From Endomicrobiia bacterium (GTDB taxonomy: Bacteria > Elusimicrobiota > Endomicrobiia > DTEH01), in contig JBCNUU010000003.1 in the NCBI GenBank assembly GCA_039630545.1, positions 99,250 to 163,249 on the forward strand: 64,000 bases of DNA, written 5' to 3'. This document shows, in pieces, positions 56,803 through 64,000 of this stretch (its first letter is position 1; the number at the start of each line of letters is the position of its first letter). Both the position numbers and the translations under genes were made by a program. The notes under the pieces were generated by a model. It was not told the origin of the DNA. It saw only the letters and a list, made by a program, of their open reading frames with translations, and ran no database searches.

Positions 56803-57885
56803 ATGTTTAACATAGCAGTAGTAGGAGCAACAGGAGCAGTTGGACAGGAGATGTTGAATATGCTTGATATAAGGAATTTTCCTGTAAATAAAATATATCC
56901 TTTTGCTTCAGAGAGATCAAAAGGTAAAAAAATTATTTTTAAAAATAAAGAATATGAAGTAATTGAACTAACAAAAGAAAATGTTAAAAAATATTCAAAA
57001 GAAATCCAGCTAGCATTGTTTTCAGCTGGAGCTTCAGTTTCAAAAGAATTTGCTCCTGTTTTTGCTGAAGAAGGAATTTTTGTAGTGGATAACTCTTCTG
57101 CCTGGAGGATGGAACCAGAAGTACCACTTGTAGTCCCACAGGTAAACTCACATACTTTGTCAAAAGATAAGAAAATAATAGCAAATCCAAACTGTTCCAC
57201 GATACAGATGGTTGTTGTATTGGCACCTATTCACAAAGTAGCAAAAATCAAAAGAATAATTGTTTCCACCTACCAATCTGTTTCAGGTGCTGGTGGCAAA
57301 GCAATGATTGAACTTTATAATGAATCTCAGAAAGTTTTAGCTAATCTTTCTAAACTTGAGTCTCTTATTACAAAAGATAATACTGGTTTTTTAGTTGAAA
57401 AACAAACTCCTTCTGTGTTTCCTGTTCAGATAGCATTTAACCTGATCCCTCAGATTGATATTTTTATGGAAAATTTGTATACTAAAGAAGAAATGAAGAT
57501 GGTAAATGAAACTAAAAAAATTTTAGAATCTCCGGATATTAAAATTTCAGCACAGTGTGTAAGAGTACCTGTATTTAGAGCACATTCCGAATCAGTATGG
57601 ATTGAAACAGAAAAGAAAATATCTTCTCAAGAAGCAAGAAATATTCTTTCATCTTTAAAAGAAGTAAAAGTAATAGATGATGTGTTCAACAAAGAGGCAA
57701 GTTTTAGATATCCTACTCCACTGGAGGCAACATGTAAGCAGGTCACCTATGTTGGAAGAATAAGAGAAGATATATCCTGCGAAAATGGGTTAGTGATGTG
57801 GATAGTTTCTGATAATCTTCTTAAAGGTGCAGCACTAAATGCTGTGGAGATTTTGGAAGAACTTTTGAATAAAAAAATCATATGA
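56803..57885 (+). CDS. asd: aspartate-semialdehyde dehydrogenase
   Basis: NIAVVGATGAVGQEM NAD(P)-binding N-terminus and IANPNCSTI catalytic cysteine. Confidence 0.9.
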   Translation: MFNIAVVGATGAVGQEMLNMLDIRNFPVNKIYPFASERSKGKKIIFKNKEYEVIELTKENVKKYSKEIQLALFSAGASVSKEFAPVFAEEGIFVVDNSSAWRMEPEVPLVVPQVNSHTLSKDKKIIANPNCSTIQMVVVLAPIHKVAKIKRIIVSTYQSVSGAGGKAMIELYNESQKVLANLSKLESLITKDNTGFLVEKQTPSVFPVQIAFNLIPQIDIFMENLYTKEEMKMVNETKKILESPDIKISAQCVRVPVFRAHSESVWIETEKKISSQEARNILSSLKEVKVIDDVFNKEASFRYPTPLEATCKQVTYVGRIREDISCENGLVMWIVSDNLLKGAALNAVEILEELLNKKII

Positions 57886-57901
57886 AGTTTGGAGAAATTT
57901 T

Positions 57902-58612
57902 ATGAAAAAATTAATAGTTAATGCTGACGATTTTGGTTTTAATTCTAAAATAAATCAAGGTATAATATATGCGTTTAAAAATGGAGTTGTAACCTCAACA
58001 AGCTTAATGGTTACAAGAGAAGGATTTAAAGATGCTGTTAATCTTGCAAAGGATAATCCCAGACTTTCGGTAGGTATCCATATAGATCTGGATGATTTTT
58101 TCGAAATAGATCACAGCAGAGGAAAAATAGTGGCTAATAAAATAAATCCCCTTCCTATAGAAGAGATAAGGAAAGAAATTAAAAGACAAATAGAGATGCT
58201 TCTAAATGAAGGAATTGTGCCTGATCATTTAAGTGGACATCATCATGTACATGTGGTGGATGAAATTTTTCCTTTAATTGTTGAGATTTTAAAAGAATAT
58301 AAAATCCCATCTGTAAGATTTCATAAAAAAATTCTTTATTCTGTGGAAAAATATGATGAATTTAAGAATTTATTAGATTCAAATAACATAATTTATCCGC
58401 CGTATTTTATAGAAGGGTGGTACTGGGGAAACATTGATGAACCTTATACTATAGCTGAGCTTTTAACTCATCCAGGGTATGGTGAGCTTTGGAGAGAGTA
58501 TGAGTTGTCTTCAAGTTGTGATACAAAGTTAAAAATATATTTAAGAGAAAAAAACATTCAACTTATCACCTATAAGGATTTAGTTGAGGAGTTTAAAACA
58601 AAAAATAATTAA
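57902..58612 (+). CDS. ChbG/HpnK/YdjC-family carbohydrate deacetylase
   Basis: MKKLIVNADDFGFNSKINQGI... and DHLSGHHHVH are YdjC-family signatures. Confidence 0.7.
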   Translation: MKKLIVNADDFGFNSKINQGIIYAFKNGVVTSTSLMVTREGFKDAVNLAKDNPRLSVGIHIDLDDFFEIDHSRGKIVANKINPLPIEEIRKEIKRQIEMLLNEGIVPDHLSGHHHVHVVDEIFPLIVEILKEYKIPSVRFHKKILYSVEKYDEFKNLLDSNNIIYPPYFIEGWYWGNIDEPYTIAELLTHPGYGELWREYELSSSCDTKLKIYLREKNIQLITYKDLVEEFKTKNN

Positions 58613-58615
58613 GTT

Positions 58616-59347
58616 GTGGCAATTTATAAATTATACTTAGAATATAATGGAAAAAATTTTTATGGCAGTCAGATACAGAAAAATTTAAGGACTGTCGAGA
58701 AGGTTTTAAGAGACACTCTTAATAATGTGTTGCTTAATAAATACAAACTTGCTTTAGCTTCAAGAACAGATGTTGGAGTACATGCTTTATGTAATGTCGC
58801 AAAGTTGCATGTAGATACTATTTTAGATGTCGAAGAATTTTTGACAAAGCTTAATTATTTTCTACCCGATGATTTGCAGGTAACAAAAATTTTAAAGGTA
58901 AAAAAGGATTTTGATATAAGAGAGGTAAAATATAAACTATATCAATATACTATTTATAATTCTTTAAATAAACCTGTTTTGTATAAAGACTATGTATGGT
59001 GGATAAAAGATAAAATTTCATATTCTACTTTGAAAAAAGCTGCTAAATTTTTTTCTTCAATTAAAAAGTTTAATTTTGCAACTGCAAAAGAAGTAATCGA
59101 TAAAAAAAGAAATACGATCTGTAGAATAAAAATAAAGGTGAGGAAGTTTCAAAATTTTATAATACTTAGTTTTTATGGTGATAGATTTATTTATAGACTA
59201 ATAAGAAATTTAGTGTCTTTAATGGTTGATGTAGCTACAAAAAAAATTGATTTTAAACAACTTTACAAAATAGTAGATAGCTGGGAGTGGTTTAAAAATA
59301 AACCAGCTCCTGCTTGTGGATTAGTTTTAACTAAAATAGTCTTTTAA
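58616..59347 (+). CDS. truA: tRNA pseudouridine(38-40) synthase
   Basis: YKLYLEYNGKNFYGSQIQ...ASRTDVGVHAL contains the catalytic Asp motif. GTG start. Confidence 0.8.
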   Translation: MAIYKLYLEYNGKNFYGSQIQKNLRTVEKVLRDTLNNVLLNKYKLALASRTDVGVHALCNVAKLHVDTILDVEEFLTKLNYFLPDDLQVTKILKVKKDFDIREVKYKLYQYTIYNSLNKPVLYKDYVWWIKDKISYSTLKKAAKFFSSIKKFNFATAKEVIDKKRNTICRIKIKVRKFQNFIILSFYGDRFIYRLIRNLVSLMVDVATKKIDFKQLYKIVDSWEWFKNKPAPACGLVLTKIVF

Positions 59348-59352
59348 AACTT

Positions 59353-60741
59353 ATGAAAAATTTTAAAGTTGGATGTGTCTTGCTTGCTGCTGGAAAAGGA
59401 ACAAGGATGAAGTCCGAAACACCCAAGGTACTTTTTGACATTTGTGGCAAGCCGATGATAGTTCATCTTCTTGACACAGTTATAAAAGTCAAAGAATTTG
59501 AAAAAATATATATAGTTATAGGATATAAAGCAGATGAAGTAAAAAATAAAATTTTGTCTTTATATGACCATAAAATTTTGAACAAAGTAATATTTGTAAA
59601 ACAAGATGAGCAAAAAGGTTCGGGAGATGCTCTTTTAAAAGTAAAGAGATACTCAGAAAAGATGAATTGTTTAGCTGTTATTTCTGCTGATGTTCCATTA
59701 ATTTCAGAAGCAACCATTAAGATGTTAGTAGAGTCGCATCTTAAGGAAAAAGTTGAATGCACCGTTTTGACTACAACAATGGATAATCCATATGGTTATG
59801 GTAGAATAATAAGAGATATCTCTAAAAAATTTATTGAAATAGTAGAAGAAGTAGATGCCAATGATTCACAGAAAAAAATAAAAGAAATAAACACAGGGAT
59901 ATATGTATTTAGTCTTCCTGTGTTATGGAAAGCTTTAAGTAAAATAAAGCCAGATAACAAAAAAAAGGAATATTATTTGACAGACGCAGTGAAGTATTTA
60001 ACTACTAAAAATGCTTTACTATGTAGCAATTCAGATGAGCTTAAAGGTGTAAACACAAAAGAAGACCTAACAGAAATAATAGATATTGTAAGAAAAAGAA
60101 TAATAAAAAAACTTTTGTTAGATGGAGTAAATATACATTCACCTGACACTATATATATTGATTTAAATACAAAAATTTTACAAGATACAGAAATATTTCA
60201 GGGATCTACTATCTGTAATTCAGAAATTAAAAGTTTCTGTAAAATAGGACCTTTTTCTTACATAGATACCTCAAGGATTGAAAATAACACTCATATATTA
60301 TATTCATATATTGTTAACACTCAAATAGGCAATAACTGCAAAATAGGTCCTTTTAGCAAAATTTTAGATACAAAAATTTGTAACAATGTAATAATAGGTA
60401 ACTTTGCAGAGGTTATACGAAGTGTAATAAGTGATAATGTTAAGATAAAACATCACAGCTACATAGGTGATACAGAAATTGAAAATAAAGTAAATATTGG
60501 AGCAGGAGTTATTACTTGCAATTATGATGGAGTAAGGAAGAATAAAACTTATATAGGTCAAAATACTTTTGTTGGTTCTAATGTAAACTTAGTGGCACCT
60601 ATAAAAATTGGTAAAAATGTATTGATAGCAGCAGGTTCTACTATAACAAAGGATGTCCCAGACAATACTTTAGCAATCGCTCGAACAAAAGAAATTTTTA
60701 AACAGAATCATCCTATAATAAAAAATTTAGTTGGTAAATAA
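59353..60741 (+). CDS. glmU: bifunctional UDP-N-acetylglucosamine pyrophosphorylase / glucosamine-1-phosphate N-acetyltransferase
   Basis: LLAAGKGTRMKS nucleotidyltransferase motif and C-terminal left-handed beta-helix hexapeptide repeats. Confidence 0.9.
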   Translation: MKNFKVGCVLLAAGKGTRMKSETPKVLFDICGKPMIVHLLDTVIKVKEFEKIYIVIGYKADEVKNKILSLYDHKILNKVIFVKQDEQKGSGDALLKVKRYSEKMNCLAVISADVPLISEATIKMLVESHLKEKVECTVLTTTMDNPYGYGRIIRDISKKFIEIVEEVDANDSQKKIKEINTGIYVFSLPVLWKALSKIKPDNKKKEYYLTDAVKYLTTKNALLCSNSDELKGVNTKEDLTEIIDIVRKRIIKKLLLDGVNIHSPDTIYIDLNTKILQDTEIFQGSTICNSEIKSFCKIGPFSYIDTSRIENNTHILYSYIVNTQIGNNCKIGPFSKILDTKICNNVIIGNFAEVIRSVISDNVKIKHHSYIGDTEIENKVNIGAGVITCNYDGVRKNKTYIGQNTFVGSNVNLVAPIKIGKNVLIAAGSTITKDVPDNTLAIARTKEIFKQNHPIIKNLVGK

Positions 60742-60756
60742 ATTATGAAATAAATT

Positions 60757-61701
60757 ATGAACACACTTCGTATATTTAGCGGGAATGCAAATATTGAGCT
60801 TTACAAAGAAATAGTAGCTAATTTAAGTATTCCAGAAGGTAGAATTTATGTAGGAAGATTTGCAGATGGAGAAATTGAAGTAAAAATTGAAGAAAACATT
60901 CGTGGAAAAGATTGTTTTGTAGTGCAACCAACATCTCCTCCTGTTAATGAAAATTTGATGGAGCTTCTGGTAATAATTGATGCATTAAAAAGAGCCTCCG
61001 CTGCAAGAATAACAGCAGTTATTCCTTATTTTGGATATGCAAGACAAGACAGGAAATCAGAACCAAGGGTTCCTATTACTTCAAAACTGGTTGCTAACTT
61101 GTTGGTAGCTGCTGGAACAAATAGAGTTTTGACTATAGATCTTCATGCTGGGCAGATTCAGGGTTTTTTTGATATTCCTGTAGATCATTTGTACGCAACT
61201 CCTGTTTTTTTAGAGTATCTTTCTTCTCATCCTGATTTTGAAGATAAACAGAAAGTAGTAGTGGTTTCTCCGGATGCAGGTGGTGTAGAGAGAGCAAGAG
61301 CTTTTGCTAAAAGATTAGATACTTCACTAGCTATTGTAGATAAAAGAAGGCCTTCACCTAATCAAGCCGAGGTTTTAAATGTGATAGGAGATGTGAAAAA
61401 TAAAGTTGCTGTGATATTTGATGATATTATAGATACTGGTGGTACGATAATAAAGGTAGTTGAAAGATTAAAAAAAGAAGGTGCAAAAAAGGTGTATGCT
61501 ATATGTACTCATCCTGTATTAAGTAAAGGTGCTGAAAAGAAAGTAGAAGAGTCACCGCTTGAAAAACTTTTAGTAACCAATACAATTCCGATAGGGAACA
61601 AAAAAAATATAAAAATAGAAGTACTGTCGGTTGGCAAACTTTTAGCAGAGGCAATTAAAAGAATTCATCTTAATACTTCAGTAAGTGAGTTATTTGTTTA
61701 A
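60757..61701 (+). CDS. prs: ribose-phosphate pyrophosphokinase
   Basis: PYFGYARQDRK and DDIIDTGGT PRPP-binding motifs. Confidence 0.9.
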   Translation: MNTLRIFSGNANIELYKEIVANLSIPEGRIYVGRFADGEIEVKIEENIRGKDCFVVQPTSPPVNENLMELLVIIDALKRASAARITAVIPYFGYARQDRKSEPRVPITSKLVANLLVAAGTNRVLTIDLHAGQIQGFFDIPVDHLYATPVFLEYLSSHPDFEDKQKVVVVSPDAGGVERARAFAKRLDTSLAIVDKRRPSPNQAEVLNVIGDVKNKVAVIFDDIIDTGGTIIKVVERLKKEGAKKVYAICTHPVLSKGAEKKVEESPLEKLLVTNTIPIGNKKNIKIEVLSVGKLLAEAIKRIHLNTSVSELFV

Positions 61702-61720
61702 TTTTAGAAAGGAGAAAAAA

Positions 61721-62389
61721 ATGGCTGAAGAATTAGAAATAATAGCAGAAAAAAGGGATATTACTACAAAAGGAAAACTAAAAGAATACAGAAATAAAGG
61801 ATATATTCCAGCAGTTTCTTATGGGGCTAAACATCAAAATTTGAACTTATGGGTTAAGTATAAAGACATTCTAAACCTTATGAAAAAGGGGTCAATAGAA
61901 GGGACAATTTTTAGTTTAAAAGTGGACAATAAAAATTATCATGTGATAATTAAAGAAATTCAAAAACATCCTATTACCGACAGACCAATTCATATTGATT
62001 TTCAAGTAATTTCACTTAAAGAAAAAATTGAGGTTAAAGTTCCAATTCATCTTATTGGTGAAGAAGAAGCTTTAAAACATACTGGAGGGGTAATTGATTT
62101 TCCGTTGAGGGAAATAAGAATAAGGTGTTTACCAAAAGACATTCCTAAATATGTGGAAGTTGATATCTCTCATTTGAAAATTGGTCAATCAATTATGGTA
62201 AAAGATATACCTCAAGAAAAATTTGTAATTTTAGAACCTCCGGATACGATCGTGGTTCATATATTATCTAAGAAAACAGAAGAAATACCAACCACAGAAA
62301 TTGTAGATACAGCAACAATGAAGGAGCCAGAAGTGATTTCTAAAGGTAAAAAAGTTGAACAGGAAGCTACAGATGAATCTAAAAAATAG
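61721..62389 (+). CDS. rplY: 50S ribosomal protein L25 / general stress protein Ctc
   Basis: Start set to the ATG at 61721 (MAEELEI...), preceded by AGGAGAAAAAA. The L25/Ctc fold has a C-terminal acidic extension. The glmU-prs-ctc-pth gene order supports the call. Confidence 0.85.
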   Translation: MAEELEIIAEKRDITTKGKLKEYRNKGYIPAVSYGAKHQNLNLWVKYKDILNLMKKGSIEGTIFSLKVDNKNYHVIIKEIQKHPITDRPIHIDFQVISLKEKIEVKVPIHLIGEEEALKHTGGVIDFPLREIRIRCLPKDIPKYVEVDISHLKIGQSIMVKDIPQEKFVILEPPDTIVVHILSKKTEEIPTTEIVDTATMKEPEVISKGKKVEQEATDESKK

Positions 62390-62425
62390 ATTTTTATCTT
62401 TTATGGTCGGAGGTGATGCATTTTT

Positions 62426-63004
62426 ATGGGGATAAAATTAATTGTTGGGTTAGGAAATCCTGGAAGAGCCCATATTTATGACAGACACAACATAGGTTTT
62501 ATGATGATTGACTATATGGCAAATAAATTTAATTTTAAGATGTTTAATCATAGAGATTTTTCTATAGGAAGAAAAAAAATATTAGGTAGGGATATACACT
62601 TTCTTAAACCGTTGACATATATGAATTTAAGTGGTTTGGCTGTAAAACAATATGTTGAAAAGAAAGAAATTTCTCCGCAGGAAGTATTAGTTATTACTGA
62701 TGATTTTTCAATAAGTCTCGGGACAATAAGAGTCCGTCAGAGAGGTTCTTCAGGAGGGCACAATGGTTTGGGCTCAATAATAGATTGGTTAAAAACAGAG
62801 TTTATCCCACGCATAAGAATTGGTATAGGACCTATACCTGAAGGTGTAAAGCCAGAGGATTTTGTTTTGGATAAATTTTCAAGGAAAGAACTACCTGTAG
62901 TGGCAAAAATAAAAGAAGAAGTGGTAAAATTGATTAAAAATATTATAAAAAATGGAGTAGAGAATACAACCCTTGAAATTCAAGAAAAGGAGGTGAAAAA
63001 ATAA
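62426..63004 (+). CDS. pth: peptidyl-tRNA hydrolase
   Basis: LIVGLGNPG...HNIGFM N-terminal Pth signature. GGAGGTG RBS. Confidence 0.9.
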   Translation: MGIKLIVGLGNPGRAHIYDRHNIGFMMIDYMANKFNFKMFNHRDFSIGRKKILGRDIHFLKPLTYMNLSGLAVKQYVEKKEISPQEVLVITDDFSISLGTIRVRQRGSSGGHNGLGSIIDWLKTEFIPRIRIGIGPIPEGVKPEDFVLDKFSRKELPVVAKIKEEVVKLIKNIIKNGVENTTLEIQEKEVKK

Positions 63005-63019
63005 ACCAGGAAATAGAAA

Positions 63020-63093
63020 GGGTGCGTAGCTCAGTTGGTTAGAGTGCCGCTTTGACATGGCGGAGGTCACAGGTTCAAGTCCTGTCGCACCCA
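63020..63093 (+). tRNA. tRNA-Val (anticodon GAC), no encoded CCA
   Basis: GGGTGCGTAGCTCAGTTGGTTAGAGTGCCGCTTTGACATGGCGGAGGTCACAGGTTCAAGTCCTGTCGCACCCA. The anticodon loop is TT-GAC-AT. Confidence 0.9.
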
Positions 63094-63108
63094 TATTTTT
63101 TTTAATAT

Positions 63109-64000
63109 ATGGATAAAAATATAGAACTTCAAAAATTAAGACATTCTGCATCTCACATAATGGCTTCTGCCGTAATGGAACTTTTCCCTGATACTAAGCT
63201 TGGGATAGGCCCTGCAATAGAGGATGGATTTTACTACGATTTTGATCTTCCATGTAAGATAACAGAAGAAGATCTTATCAAAATAGAAAAAAAGATGTTG
63301 GAAATAATAGAAAAAGATTATAAATTTATTAAAGAAGAAATTCCTAAAGAGAAGGCTGTGGAACTTTTTAAAAAGAGCAACCAGATTTATAAATTAGAAC
63401 TTTTAAAAGAAATAGAAGAGAATAAAGTTTCAATTTATACTCATAACAACTTTGTTGATTTATGTAAAGGACCTCATGTAAATTCAACTTCAGAAGTTAA
63501 ATATTTTAAATTACTTTCTATTTCTGGAGCTTATTGGAAAGGAAATGAAAAAAATCCTCAACTTACCCGGATATACGGAACAGCTTTTTTTACTAAAGAA
63601 GAACTTGATGAATATCTTAATAAATTAGAAGAAGCAAAAAAAAGAGATCACAGAAAAATTGGAAGAGAACTTGAACTTTTTGAAATTTTTGAGGAAGAGT
63701 TTGGAAGCGGGCTAGTATTTTGGCTTCCTAAAGGAGCTATTGTAAGAAAAATTATTGAAGATTATTTAAGAGAATACCATATTAAAAAAGGGTACGAAAT
63801 TGTATATACACCACATATTGCAAAAACCTCGTTATGGGAAATTTCAGGTCATTTGCAGTTTTATTCAGATTATATGTTTTCTCCTATGGATGTTGAGGGA
63901 CAAAAATATATTATAAAGCCAATGAATTGTCCTGGCCATGTGTTGATATATAAATCTAAACTTCGTTCATATAAAGAACTTCCAATAAAATTTTTTGAAT
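63109..64000 (+). CDS. thrS: threonine--tRNA ligase, 5' portion (continues beyond the window)
   Basis: MDKNIELQKLRHSASHIMASAVMELFPDTKLGIGPAIEDGFYYDFD is the ThrRS N-terminal editing/TGS region. The ORF is open to the window end. Confidence 0.85.
   Translation, partial: MDKNIELQKLRHSASHIMASAVMELFPDTKLGIGPAIEDGFYYDFDLPCKITEEDLIKIEKKMLEIIEKDYKFIKEEIPKEKAVELFKKSNQIYKLELLKEIEENKVSIYTHNNFVDLCKGPHVNSTSEVKYFKLLSISGAYWKGNEKNPQLTRIYGTAFFTKEELDEYLNKLEEAKKRDHRKIGRELELFEIFEEEFGSGLVFWLPKGAIVRKIIEDYLREYHIKKGYEIVYTPHIAKTSLWEISGHLQFYSDYMFSPMDVEGQKYIIKPMNCPGHVLIYKSKLRSYKELPIKFFE

Noticed and set aside
62891-63151. Minus-strand ORF spanning the pth 3' end and tRNA-Val
   Set aside because: It is antisense to tRNA-Val and pth and is an artefact of the GC-rich tRNA.
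1-64000. CRISPR arrays, rRNA genes, IS elements/transposases, integrases, prophage genes
   Set aside because: I scanned for regularly spaced direct repeats, rRNA-like conserved blocks and transposase/integrase motifs (DDE, tyrosine recombinase R-H-R-Y) and found none.

Overview
This 64 kb window is a compact, visibly AT-rich (about 30% G+C by eye, not computed) bacterial chromosomal segment with over 70 protein-coding genes and 3 tRNAs (Ser-GCU on the minus strand, Asn-GUU and Val-GAC on the plus strand). No rRNA, CRISPR array, IS element or transposase was recognised. Most genes are housekeeping, and the synteny blocks are Firmicutes-like: tilS-hpt-ftsH-folE-folP-birA, glmU-prs-ctc-pth then tRNA-Val-thrS, and rpsF-ssb-ilvC-psd-pssA. 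Other recognisable genes include pfkA (3' end), rtcA, GTP-type pckG, purE, gmhB, aspC, mpg, larB-like, nikR, trmI, clpB, pgi, asd, truA and a class II aldolase. The organism is clearly diderm: there is a TonB-dependent receptor, several beta-barrel OMP candidates, a SurA-like protein, ccdA and a lipoprotein. The accessory content of most interest is as follows. (1) A tightly overlapping six-gene minus-strand operon at 39.7-45.5 kb: anion permease, small protein, SPL-like radical SAM, HhH-containing DUF763-like protein, HDAC-family amidohydrolase and an AmmeMemoRadiSam-type radical SAM lacking its usual AMMECR1/Memo partners. This is my best candidate for an undescribed system. (2) A DNA methyltransferase translationally coupled to a 417-aa unknown protein, a candidate novel restriction-modification pair. 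(3) An ECF sigma/anti-sigma module whose anti-sigma factor carries a CBM48/AMPK-beta-like extracytoplasmic domain, flanked by OMP and secreted proteins. (4) A LuxR-family regulator broken by two single-A deletions in poly-A tracts. (5) A PHP-phosphoesterase::GT4 glycosyltransferase fusion. (6) A DUF4258/DUF2283 toxin-antitoxin-like pair. (7) A GIY-YIG-like small ORF. (8) An ApbE / NusG-II / Gx-transporter flavinylation cluster split by an inverted symporter gene. All functional calls come from motif recognition by eye. No database searches were run.
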